Of a stretch of 64,000 nucleotides of DNA, positions 14,014-28,519 are shown piece by piece (the first letter of the stretch is position 1; each line of letters starts with the position of its first letter). The notes under the pieces are model-generated. The model was not told where the DNA came from, did not search any database, and saw nothing but the letters and a program-made list of their open reading frames with translations. The DNA is from the human T2T-CHM13v2.0 reference genome, Homo sapiens, in assembly GCF_009914755.1 (NCBI RefSeq), contig NC_060935.1; one strand, given 5' to 3'. The position numbers and the translations under genes are program-made.

Positions 14014-16104
14014 CCCAGAACCATTTATTGAAGAGAGAATTCTTTCTCCTTTGCTTGTTGTTGGCACCTTTGTTGAAAATTACTTGGGAATTAATGCTTC
14101 CATTTATGTCTGCTCTCTCTTTTCTCTTACATTGGGTTATAAGTCTATTTTTATATGAGTGTCATGTGGTTTTGATTATTACAACTTTGTAGTATATTCT
14201 GAAGTCAGGCAGTGAAATTCTTCAAGCTTTTTTTTTTAATTTTTGTGGGTAGGTATATACATTTATGACGGCTTTATTCATTTTGGTGAAGACAACTTTG
14301 AATATTTGGGATCTTTTGTGGTACCATACAAATTTGGGGAGTTTTTGTTTTTCCATTGCTGTGAAGAATGTCATTGGTATTTTCATAGGGTTGGCATTAA
14401 TTCTGTAGGTTATTTTGAGTAGTATAGATATTGTAACAATATTAGTTCTTCCAATTCATTAGTGTGGCATGCCTTTCCATTGATTTGTGCCTTCTTCAAT
14501 TTATTTCATCAAAGATTTATAGATTTCAGTGTAGAGATCTTTTACCTTAGTGGTTAAATTTATTCTGAAGTATTTTATTTATTTTGTAGCAATTTTATAT
14601 AGTATTGTTTTCTTGATTTTTTTTTTTTTTTAGATAGTTCACTGTTAGTGTATGGAAACGCTATTGATTTTTGTATGCTGATTTTGTATTTTGCATCTTT
14701 ACTGAATTTGTTTAGTAGTTCTGTTTTTTGATGGAGTCTTTGGGGTTTTCTACATATAAGGTCATGTGGTCTGCAAACAAGCAATTTAACTTCTTCCTTT
14801 CTGATTTTCTTTCTTTCTCTTGCCTGATTACTCTGGCTAGAACTTTTAGTACTATGTTGAAGAGAAATGGCAGGAGTATGCATCTTTGCTTGTTCTGAAT
14901 TTACAGGGAAGTTTTTCAACTTTTTCATGTTGAATACGATATTAGCTGTGGGTCTGTCATATATGGCTTTTATTGTGTTGAGGGACATTCATATATCAAA
15001 TTTGTAGAGAGTTTTTATCATGAAAGAATGTTAGATCTTATTGAATGATTTTTCCTGAATCTCTTGAGATGATCATATGGATTTGGTCCTCCATTCTGTA
15101 ATTGTGATGTATCTCGATTATTGATCTACATATGTTGTACCATCTTTACACATTTGTGGGATGAATCTCACTTTATGATGGTGAATGATCTTTTTTTAAT
15201 GTGCTGTTTAATTTGATCTGCTACTATTTTGTTGAAGATTTTTGCACCTCTGTTCATCAGGCATATTGGCCTGTAGTTTTTTGCATTTTTACTTCATTTT
15301 TGTGTGTGTGGTACTGTTCTTTTCGGGCTTTGATATAAGTGTAATGCTGGCCTCCTAAAATGAGGTTGGGAGTAATCTGTCCTCCTCAATTTTGTGAAAG
15401 TTTTTTAGAAGTATTGGTATTAGAATTTCTTTAAATGTTTGGTAACACTCAGCAGTGAAGCTATCTGGCCTTGCATTTTTCTTTGATGGGAGACTTAATT
15501 ATGATTCAATCTCCTCACTAATTATTGGCCTGTTCAGGTTTTCATTTTCTACATAATTTAATCTTATCAATAAATGTAACTATTTCTCCTAGGCAATCCA
15601 AACTGTTGATGCTACACTTTTTAATTTTTCAGTATAATATATTCCATACTTGTATAAATACTGAGTATACTTGTATAAATGCTTGTATAAATCCATACTT
15701 GTATAAATGCTCTTCCCACAGGATGTTCAAGTCAGACAGAACTTACTATAATGGCATTTTTTTTTTTCCCTAAACTATGTCTTCACATCCTATGCTCATT
15801 CAGTTATCAAGCTGGTACTTCATGCCAAACAATTAGTTATACAGTCATGTAGTTTGGCTATTTGTCTTTGCCCAAATCTAATGTTGAATTATAATCCCCA
15901 GTCCTGGAGGTGGGGCCTAGTGGAAGGTGTTTGGATCATGGGTGGATCCCTCATGGCTTGGTGCTGTCTTAATGATAGTGAGTTCTCATTAGATCTGGTC
16001 ATTTAAAAGTGTGTGGCACCTCCCCACTATCCTCGTCATTCTCTCTCACTCCTGCTTTTGCCATGTGAAGTCCCTCCTCCTGCTTCACCTTCTGCCATAA
16101 GTAA

Positions 16105-16503
<399 letters not shown>

Positions 16504-17628
16504 ATCAGGTATTTCTTCATAGCAGTGTAAGATTGGGCTAACAAAAAAAACAGTACCCCGGCGGGAGGTTCCAAGATGGCTGAATAGGAACAGCTCCAGT
16601 CTACAGCTCTCAGCCTGAGCAACGCAGAAGATGGGTGATTTCTGCATTTCCAACTGAGGTACCGGGTTCATCTCACTGGGGCTTGTCGGACAGTGGGTGC
16701 AGGACACTGGGTGCAACCCACAGAGCATGAGCCAAGGCAGGGTGAGGCAGCGCCTCACCTGGGAAGTGCAAGGGGTTGGGGAATTCCCTTTCCAAGCCAA
16801 GGAAAGCCATGACAGACAGCATCTGGAAAATCGGATCACTCCCACCCTAATACTGCACTTACTGCACTTTTCCAATGGTCTTAGCAAATGGCACAACAGG
16901 AGATTATATCTCACGCCTGGCTCAAAGGGTCCCATGCCCATGGAGCCTTGCTTACTCCTAGAACAGCAGTCTGAGATCGAACTGCAAGGTGGCAGTGAGG
17001 CTGGGGAAGGGGCATCTGCCATTACTGAGATTTGAGTAGGTAAACAAAGCGGCCTGGAAGCACAAAATGGGAGAAGCCCACCACAGCTCAAGAAGGCCTG
17101 CCTGCCTCTGTAGACTCCACCTCTGGGGGCAGGGCATAGCTGAACAAAAGGCAGTAGAAACTTCTGCAGATTTAAGTGTCCCTGTCTGGCAGCTTTGAAG
17201 AGAGTAGTGGTTCTCCCAGCACGGAGTTTGAGATCTAAGAATGGATAGACTGCCTCCTCAAGTGGGTCTCTGACCCCTGAGTAGCCTAACTGGGAGGCAC
17301 CTCCCAGTAAGGGCCAAATAACACCTCATACGGCCGGGTGTCCCTCTGAGACAAAGCTTCCAGAAGAACAATCAGGCAGCATTTGCTGTTCTGCAATATT
17401 TGCTGTTCTGCAATATTGGCCATTCTGCAATATTTGCTGTTCTGCAGCCTCTGCTGGTGATACCCAGGCAAACAGGGTCTGGAGTGGACCTCCAGCAAAC
17501 TCCAACAGACCTGAAGCTGAGGGGCCTGACTGTTAGAAGGAAAACTAACAAACAGAAAGGACATCCACACCAAAACCCCATCTGTATGTCACCATCATCA
17601 AAGACAAAATGTAGATAAAACCACAAAG

Positions 17629-18652
17629 ATGGGGAGAAACAAGAGCACAAAACCTGAAAATTCTAAAAGTCAGAGCAACTCTTCTCCAAAGGAACACAGC
17701 ACCTTGCCAGCAATGGAACAAAGCTGGATGGAGAATGACCTTGATGAGTTCAGAGAAGAAGGCTTCAGATGATGGGTAATAACAAACTTCTCCGAGCTAA
17801 CGGAGGATATTCGAACCCATCGCAAAGCAGCTAAAAACCTTGAAAAAAGATTAGACAGATGGCCAACTAGAATAAACAGTGTGGAGAAGACCTTAAATGA
17901 CCTGATGGAACTGAAAACCATGGCATGAGAACTACGTGGCATGTGCACAAGATTCAGTACCCGATTTGATGAACTAGAAGAAAGGGTATCAGTGACTGAA
18001 GATCAAATGAATGAAATGAAGTGACAAGAGAAGTTTAGAGAAACAAGAATAAAAAGAAATGAACAAAGCCTCCAAAAAATATGGGAATATATGAAAAGAC
18101 CAAATCTACATCTGATTGGTGTACCTGAAAGTGACGAGGAGAATGAAAGCAAGTTGGAAAACATTCTTCAGTATATTATCTAGGAGAACTTCCCCAACCC
18201 GGCAAGGCAGGCCAACATTCAAATTCAGGAAATACAGAGAATGCCACAAAGATACTCCTCGAGAAGAGCAACTCCAAGACACATAATTGTCAGATTCACC
18301 AAAGTTGAAATGAAGGAAAAAATGTTCAGGGCAACCAGAGAGAAAGGTCGGGTTACCCACAAAGGGAAGCCCATCAGACTAACAGCTGATCTCTCGGCAG
18401 AAACTCTACAAGCCAGAAGAGAGTGGGGGCCAATATTCAACATTCTTAAAGAAAAGAATTTTCAACCCAGAATTTCATATCCAGCCAAACTAATCTTCAT
18501 AAGTGAAGGAGAAATGAAATCCCTTACAGACAAGCAAATGCTGAGAGATTTTGTCACCACCAGGCCTGCCTTAACAAGAGCTCCCGAAGGAAGCACTAAA
18601 CATGGAAAGGAACAACTGGTACCAGCTACTGCAAAAACATGCCAAATTGTAA
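17629..18652 (+). pseudogene. L1 ORF1: L1 ORF1p (RNA chaperone), disrupted
   Basis: ATGGGGAGAAAC start; several in-frame stops; C-terminal part seen as ORF 18241..18708 (PQRYSSRRATPRHIIVRF, ARREW, YPAKL). Confidence 0.9.
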
Positions 18653-18715
18653 AGACCATTGATACTAGGAAGAAACTGCATCAACTAATGACCAAAATAA
18701 CCAGCTAACATCATA

Positions 18716-21700
18716 AAGACAGGATCAAATTCACATATAACAATATTAACCTTAAATGTAAATGGGCTAAATGCTCCAATTAAAAGACACAGACTGGCAA
18801 ATTGGATAAAGAGTCAAGAACCACCAGTGTGCTGTATTCAGGAAACCCATCTAAAGTACAGAGACAGACAAAGGCTGAAAATAAAGGGATGGAGGAAGAT
18901 CTACCAAAAAAATGGAAACCAAAAAAAAGCAGGGGTTGTGATCCCTGTCTCTGATAAAACAGACTTTAAACCAACAAAGATCAGAAGAGAGAAAGAGACA
19001 AAGAAGGCCATTACATAATGGTAAAGGGATCAATTCAACAAGAAGAGCTAACTATCCTAAATATATATGCACCCAATACAGGAGCACCCAGATTCATAAA
19101 GCAAGTCCTTAGAGACCTACAAAGAGACTTAGACTCCCACACAATAATAATGGGAGATTTTAACATCCCACTGTCAACATTAGACAGATCAGTGAGACAG
19201 AAAGTTAACAAGGATATCCAGGAATTGAACTCAGCTCTGCACCAAGCAGACCTAATAGACATCTACAGAATTCTCCACCCGAAATCAACAGAATACACAT
19301 TCTTTTCAGCACCACACCACACCTATTCCAAAATTGACCACATAGTTGGAAGTAAAGCACTCCTCAGCATATGTAAAAGAACAGAAATTATAATCAACTG
19401 TCTCTCAGACCACAGTGCAATCAAACTAGAACTCACGATTAATAAACTCACTCAAAACCGCTCAACTACATGGAAACTGAACAACCTGCTCCTGAATGAC
19501 TACTGGGTATATAAAAAAATGAAGGCAGAAATAAAGATGTTCTTTGAAACCAATGAGAACAAAGACACAACATACCAGAATCTCTGGGACACATTTAAAG
19601 CAGTGTGTAGAGGGAAATTTATAGCACTAAATGCCCACAAGAGAAAGCAGGAAAGATCTAAAATTGACACCCTAACATCACAATTAAAAGAACTAGAAAA
19701 GCAAGAGCAAACACATTCAAAAGCTAGAAGAAGGCAAGAAATAACTAAGATCAGGGCAGAACTGAAGGAGATAGAGACACAAAAAACCCTTCAAAAAATC
19801 ATTGAATGCAGGATCTGGTTTTTTGAAAACATCAACAAAATTGATAGACTGCTAGCAAGACTAACAAAGAAGAAAAGAGAGAAGAATCAAATAGATGCAA
19901 TAAAAAATGATAAAGTGGATATGACTACCAATCCCACAGAAATACAAACTACCATCAGAGAATACTATAAACACCTCTATGCAAAAAAACCAGAAAATCT
20001 AGAAGAAATGGATAAATTCCTGGACACATACACCCTCCCAAGACTAAAACAGGAAGAAGCTGAATCCCTGAATAAACCAATAACAGGCTCTGAAATTGAG
20101 GCAGTAACTGATAGTCTACCAACCAAAAAAAGTCCAGGACCAGGCGGATTCACAGCTGAATTCTACCAGAGGTACAAAGAGGAGCTGGAACCATTCCTCC
20201 TGAAACTATTCCAATCAGTAGAAAAAGAGGGAATCCTCCCTAACTCATTTTATGAGGCCAGAATCATCCTGATACCAAAGCCGGGCAGAGACACAACAAA
20301 AAAAGAGAATTTTAGACCAATATCCTTTATGAACATCGATGCAAAAATCCCCAATCAAATACTGGTAAACCGAATCCAACAGCACATCAAAAAGCTTATC
20401 CATCATGATCAAGTGGGTTTCATCCCTAGAATGCAAGGCTGGTTCAACATATGCAAATCAATAAACGTAATTCAGGATATAGACGGAACCAAAGACAAAA
20501 ACCACATGATTATCTCAATAGATGCAGAAAAGGTCTTCAACAAAATTCAACAGTCCTTCATGCTAAAAACTCTCAATAAACTAGGTATTGATGGGACATA
20601 TCTCAAAATAATAAGAGCTATTTATGACAAACCCACAGCCAATATGATACTGAATGGGCAAAAACTGGAAGCATTCCCTTTGAAAACTGGCACAAGACAG
20701 GGATGCTCTCTCTCACCACTCCAATTCAACATAGTGTTGGAAGTTCTGGCCAGGGCAATCAGGCAGGAGAAGGAAATAAAGGGTATTCAATTAGGAAGAG
20801 AGGAGGTCAAATTGACCCTGTTTGCAGATGACATGATTGCATATTTAGAAAACCCCATCAACTCAGCCCAAAATCTCCTTAAGCTGATCAGCAACTTCAG
20901 CAAAGTCTCAGGATACAAAATCAATGTGCAAAAATCACAAGCATTCCTTTACACCAATAACAGACAAACAGAGAGCCAAATCATGAATGAACTCCCATTC
21001 ACAATTGCTTCAAAGAGTATAAAGTACCTAGGAATCCAACTTACAAGGGATGTGAAGGACCTCTTCAAGGAGAACTACAAACCACTGCTCAACAAAACAA
21101 AAGAGGATACAAACAAATGGAAGAACATTCCATGCTCATGGATAGGAAGAATCAATATCATAAAAATGGCCATGCTGCCCAAGGTAATTTATAGATTCAA
21201 TGCCATCCCCATCAAGCTACCAATGACTTTCTTCACAGAATTGGAAAAAAATACTTTAAAGTTCATATGGAACCAAAAAAGAGCCCACATTGCCAAGACA
21301 ATCCTCAGGAAAAAGAACAAAGCTGGAGGCATAATGCTACCTGACTTCAAACTATACTACAAGGCTACAGTAACCAAAACAGAGATACAGACCAATGGAA
21401 CAGAACAGAGCTCTCAGAAATAATACCACACATCTACAACTATCTGATCTTTGACAAACCTGACAAAAACAAGAAATGGGGAAAGGATTCCCTATTTAAT
21501 AAATGGTGCTGGGAAAACTGGCTAGCCATATGTAGAAAGCTGAAACTGGATCCCTTCCTTACACCTTATACAAATATTAATTCAAGATAGATTAAAGACT
21601 TCAATGTTAGACCTAAAACCATAAAAACCCTAGAAGAAAACCTAGGCAATACCATTCAGAACATAGGCATGGGAAAGGACTTTGTGTCTAAAACACCAAA

Positions 21701-22530
21701 AGCAATGGCAACAAAAGCCAAAATTGACAAATGGGATCTAATTAAACTAAAGAGCTTCTGCACAGCAAAAGAAACTACCATCAGAGTGAACAGGTAACCT
21801 ACAGAATGGGAGAAAATGTTTGCAATCTACTCATCTGACAAAGGGCTAATACCCAGAATCTACAAAAAACTTAAACAAATTTACAAGAAAAAAATCAAAC
21901 AACCCCATCAAAAAGTGGGAGAAGGATATAAAGAGACACTTCTCAAAAGAAGACATTTATGCAGCCAAAAGACACATCAAAAAATGCTTATCATCACTGG
22001 TTGTCAGAGCAATGCAAATCAAAACCACAATGAGATACCATCTCACACCAGTTAGAATGGCGATCATTAAAAAGTCAGGAAACAACAGGTGCTGGAGAGA
22101 ATGTGGAGAAATAGGGACACTTTTACACTGTTGGTGGGACTGTAAACTAGTTCAACCATTGTGGAAGGCAGTGTGGTGATTCCTCAGGGATCTAGAACTA
22201 GAAATACCATTTGACCCAGCCATCCCATCACTGGGTATATACCCAAAGGATTATAAATCATGCTGCTATAAAGACACATGCACACGTATGTTTATTGCGG
22301 CACTATTCACAATAGCAAAGACTTGGAACTGACCCAAATGTCCATCAATGATAGACTGGATTAAGAAAATGTGGCACATATACACGATGGAATACTATGC
22401 AGCCATAAAAAAGGATGAGTTCATGTCCTTTGTAGGGACATGGATGAAGCTGGAAACCATCATTCTGAGCAAACTGTCGCAAGGACAGAAAACCAAACAC
22501 CGCATGTTCTCACTCATAGGTGGGAATTGA
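18716..22530 (+). pseudogene. L1 ORF2: L1 ORF2p (endonuclease/reverse transcriptase), disrupted; longest open piece 19018-21423 (801 aa)
   Basis: Start codon mutated to AAG; frameshifting insertion at ~18990; GDFN, KIDH, SDH, FADD and KYLG motifs present; frameshift at ~21380. Confidence 0.92.
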
Positions 22531-22799
22531 ACAATGAGAACACTTGGACACAGGATGGGGAATATCACACACTGAGGCCTGTGGTGGGGTGGGGGGAGGT
22601 GGGAGGGATAGCATTAGGAGATATATCTAATGTAAATGACAAGTTAATTGGTGCAGCACACCAACATGGCACATGTATACATATGTAACAAACCTGCATG
22701 TTGTCCCCATGTACCCTAGAACTTGTAGTATAATAATAATAAAAAAGAAATAGTCCCCCCCATGGAGTAATGCCATAAAGATACCTGTAAATGTGGAAC

Positions 22800-23501
22800 T
22801 GAGAGGAGGTGCCAGCTGGGCTTCCTGGGTCAAGTAGGGGCTCAGAAAGCTGTGAAACTCACTCATTTCCTGCATCAGGACTTACTTCAGTCCTGGATGA
22901 ATAATATTGCAGATATATGCTTAAAATATTCCTAACACCAGGATTTGTGCATGTGTTGTCTTCCCCAGGAAAGCTATCAACAGTGAAAATTTTGCTGTAA
23001 GTTTCCCCTTGTACTCTCTCCCTCTCTCCCTTCCCCCACCCCTGAAACTAAAGTAAAAGGAATGTTAACCAACTGTTTTTCTGTGATCAGCGGACCTTAT
23101 CTATACTCCCAATTCCAATTCCTTGTAAACATACTTTATGAAGTCCTGTAAGATCCTGTCTCCTTTGCCATGCTGCTGCAAGGTCATAAAGTAGATAAAA
23201 CCTAAGTTGCAATTCCGGTTTTCCTGAAAATCTAGGACATGCCACAAAATAATTTACTGCTTTTGTTTCTGGCTCTCGCCACAAGTATTTCCTGCCTTAA
23301 AGAGTTAAAAAGGCAATCGTATACTCTAACTCTGGCTACCCGTTCGGGGACCCTTTCCAAGCTGTGGAAGCTTTGTGCTTTCACTCTGCTCAATAAAGCC
23401 TACAACTTTTTCTCTCTCTCGGTCCATGTCTCTATCACTTGCTGCAGTCAGCCACCACACCAATTCTTTGGCGTGGCTAAGCAAGAACTTTAGGTGTTAC
23501 A
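22800..23501 (+). mobile_element. ERV1 solo LTR, LTR15-like (copy 1), in MST-int
   Basis: TGAGAGGAGG...GTTACA, 702 bp, 4-bp TSD GAAC, AATAAA at ~23392. LTR status is clear; the family name is recalled. Confidence 0.75.
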
Positions 23502-23862
23502 GAACCAACCCTGGAACTGGATAATGGGCAGAAATTGGAAGAGTTTGAAGGGCTCAGAAGAAAACAGGAAGAAGAGGGAAGGTTTGAAATTTCTTAGAGA
23601 CTGGTGAAATGGTTGTGACCAAAATGTTGATAGTGATATGAACAATGAAGTCCAGGCTGCTGAGGTCTCAGATAGAAATGAGGAACTTATTGGGAACTAG
23701 AGTAAAGGATAGACCTATTATGCCTTAACAAAGAACTTGGCTGCATTGTGTTCATGCCCTAAGGATCTATGGAAGTTTGAACTTGAGAGTGATTATTTAT
23801 GGTATCTGGCAGAAAAAATTTCTGAGCAGCGAAGTGTTCAAGTGGTAACATAGTTGCTTCTA

Positions 23863-24238
<376 letters not shown>

Positions 24239-26595
24239 GGGAAACAGAACATAAAAGCTTGAAAAATTTCCAGCCTAGCCATGTGATAAAGAAAGAAAAA
24301 GCTTTTTTGGGAGAGGAATTAAAGCAGGTTGTAGAGCAACCACTTGCCAGAGATATTTGAATCACTAAAAGGGAACCAAGTGTTAAATATCAAAACAATG
24401 GGGAAAAGGCCTTGAAGGCATTTCAGAGAACTTTGTGGCAGCCCCTCCCATCACAGGCCCAGAGAAAAGAATAATTTTGGGGCCAGGCCTAAGGCCCTGC
24501 TGCCCTGTGCAGCCTCAGGGCACTGCTTCCCATATTCTGGCCACTCCAACTCCAGCTAGGGCTCAAATGGGGCCCAGGTACTGCTAGAGCTGCCGCTTTG
24601 GAGAATACAAGCCATAAGCCTTGGTGGTTTCTACATGGTGTAAAGCCTGTGGGTACAGAGTGCAAAAGTTAGGAAGCTTGGCCTCTGCCTAGGTTTCAGA
24701 AGATGTTTGGAAAAGCCTGGATGCCCAGACAGAAGCCTGCTTCAGGGACGGAGCCATTACAGAGAACCCTGACTAGGGCATTGCCAAGGGGAAATGTGGG
24801 GATGGAGCCCCCACACAGAGAATCCATTGGGGTACTGCCTAGCGGAGCTGGAAGAAGGGGGTCACCACCCTCCAGATCTGAGAATGGTAGATTCACCAGC
24901 AGCTTGCACCCTGTGCCTGGAAAAGCAGCAGACACTCAACAACCTGTGAGAGCAGCCTTGGGAGCTGAACCCTGCAAAGCCACAGAGACAGATCTGCCCA
25001 AGGTCTAGGGAGGCCAACCCTCATACCACTGTGCTTTGGATGTGGGAAATAGAGTTAAATGAGACTAGTTTTGAGCTTTAATATTCAATGACTGCCCTGT
25101 TAGGTTTTGGGTTTGAATGGGGCCTGTAACCCCTTTCTTTTGGTCAATCTCTCCCTTTTGAAATGGGAATGCTTACCCAATACTTATAGCTTCCATTGTA
25201 TCTTGGAAGTAACCAACTTGTTTTTGATTTTACAGGCGTGTAGGTGGAAGGGACTTGCCTTGTCTCAGATGAGACTTTAGACTTTGGACTTTAGAGTTAA
25301 CACTAGAATGAGTTAAGACTTTGGAGAGTGTTGGGAAGACAGGATTGTATCTTGCAATGTGAGGACATGAGATTTGGGTGGGGCCAGGGGCAGAATGACA
25401 TAATTTGAATATTTGTCTCAAATGTCATATTGAAATGTAATCCCCAATGTTGGAGGTGGGTCCTGGTGGGAAGGGTTTGGATCGTGGGAGCAGATCCCCC
25501 ATGAATGGCTTGGGCCATCTCCTTGGTGATAAGTGAGCTCTCGTTCTGAGTTTACATGAAATCTGGTCATTTAAGAACATGGGGCACCTCCCCCTGCAAT
25601 CTCTCTTCTTGTTCCTGCTTTTACCATGTGAAGTGCCTGCTTCTCCCTTGCCTCCTGCCATGACTAGAAGCTTCCTGAGGCCTCCCCAGAAGCAGATGCC
25701 ACTGTGCTTTCCTAAAAGTTTACAAAACCATGAGCCAATTAAACCTCCTCTCTTATAAATCACCAGTCTCAGTTCTTATAGCAATATAAAATGGAATAAT
25801 ACATAAAATAAAATATATCCTAAGAATGAACCTATCACATACAGTATAACAAATTATCATTACTTCTTACCTCTACCTCCTTAAATAGCTGCTTAACCCC
25901 AAGAAATTTGGTGCATTTATTTTCCAATAATTGGTTAATATACAACCTTCAGTGGAGAAGCTACCAGTTTTCCTGATTTACTATTGAACTATTAGGCTAG
26001 TATGTGCAGTTTCCTAATATTTCAACTTAAATTGAATGGCAAAGTAAGTAGTAATTTATAATTGAATTTTAGCTACAGTAAAACCATAGTACAAATCCAG
26101 GTCATGAACTATAGAATATAATTAACTAATAAATGTATAAATGATCATATTTAGGTAAATTGAGGTAAATCAAATGCTAAAAAATTGGGCTGTCCTTTTT
26201 TTTTCCAAAAAAACCTATATCTAGTTCACTTATACTAAGTTTTTGACTAATGCATCACCACATTTCACATCTTTATCTCTGCAATTCATAAAATGAAAGT
26301 CCATTTATAGCACAAAATAATGGGTACATTTTACCTCTAATTAAGATTATTCATCAATTCACACCTACCAAAAGTTCTACTGTGCTTTTAATTCATTACC
26401 ACTTACTTTAATATACCCAGTTTAATGCCAGAAATTATGCCATCATAAGCACAGCTATATTGAAATAATTTGTTCTTAAAGAAAAAAGTCAGAACATTTT
26501 TTACATATTTGGAAACTTGTATAGTGTATGGTTAATAATACACATGTATAAAAACATATTCTCCATCTAACATTAAATCTCAGTTGTTGTCATTA

Positions 26596-27039
<444 letters not shown>

Positions 27040-27586
27040 TCAATGCTCCAAAATACAGAAATAGAATTCTCTATTGATTTTTTTTATCCTAAGTTTTATC
27101 CCCTTCCAAAATGACAAAATAATTTGTACATGCATTAGCCTTCCAGTCTTATTGAAGAATAAGTAAAAATGAGCATGGGACCAACCTCTCAACCTCTTCA
27201 GAAGGTAATTTCTTAAATGGATATTCTCTGAAGGTGTGCTTACTAGGTAAAATGCTTCTTGATTTAGACTAAAATTCTCTGGCAATATTGGGAGGAAGGT
27301 CATCAGAAAGTGATGCCTGCTTGTCTCCAACCCAACTTAGTTCACAATTTAGTTTCATTAGCATCCTGTAATGGAGCTTCTCTAAATCCTGCTGTTTGTG
27401 GATTAGGGCAAATTACAATGAACTTTCAGCCTAAGTAGTAGTTCAGAGATCCTTTCCCATCTCAAGAAAAGGTTAGCACAATTTCCTGTAAGTCTAACAA
27501 TATTATATACACTGTGAATTATTCCTACAAGATGACTAACATATAATTGTCACAGCATATGTTTTACGCAAAAAGGACTTTGGAAC

Positions 27587-27898
<312 letters not shown>

Positions 27899-28519
27899 TT
27901 ATGCATTCAATGACATTAAAATAAAAATTGAGAGAGTACCTGTGTATAAGTGTGTGCTTGTACTTGTGGGTATGTAGTTGGAGGAGGTCACATACTTCCA
28001 AAAACATATAAACACATTTAGACATATTGATAAGTATTTCCTTTAAAAAACTATATACAATGATATATATACATATGTACATATATACAAGGGTGTATAT
28101 AATTTCAATAAGAGGACTGCCTTTGGAAGTTCAGAACAGATTTGATTTCTTCCTCAAGGACAGTAGAAGCGCAGGTCTCTCTGAACATTCAAACCTTAGA
28201 ACATCTCTGAACATTCAAACTTCATTTGAATATAGCTGGCTGCTAAAGTTTGAAAGTGCCCTTGATCTTCTACTATGAAAATCAAGGATGTATAGATGAA
28301 TATATACATGTATCATATGTGTTTAATGTGGTTGTCATAGGAGTGGAAGGTTATGTCTATATACATGTATATGTATGTATACAATGACATATATTACACA
28401 TGTACATATCTACATCCTTGATCCTCATAGTAGAATAAGAAATTGGAGAAAGAAACAAGGGGTAGCTTGGTCTTGAGATGAACCTTTAAGGCTGTGCAGA
28501 AGTTTTATAGGCAATGACG

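Larger units (their letters stand above)
16560..22744 (+). mobile_element. Full-length (~6.2 kb) LINE-1, L1PA5-like, inactive
   Basis: 5'UTR start GGCGGGAGGTTCCAAGATGGC, ORF1, ORF2, PA5-type 3'UTR and A-rich tail; TSD AAAAAACAGTACCCC / AAGAAATAGTCCCCC. Confidence 0.95.

Noticed and set aside
22581-22607. G-quadruplex-forming tract
   Set aside because: This is a standard feature of L1PA 3'UTRs and not specific to this locus.
16560-22744. Active, retrotransposition-competent L1
   Set aside because: ORF1 has stops, the ORF2 ATG is mutated to AAG, there are at least two ORF2 frameshifts, the 5'UTR is CpG-depleted and the YY1 site is altered (AAGATGGCT).
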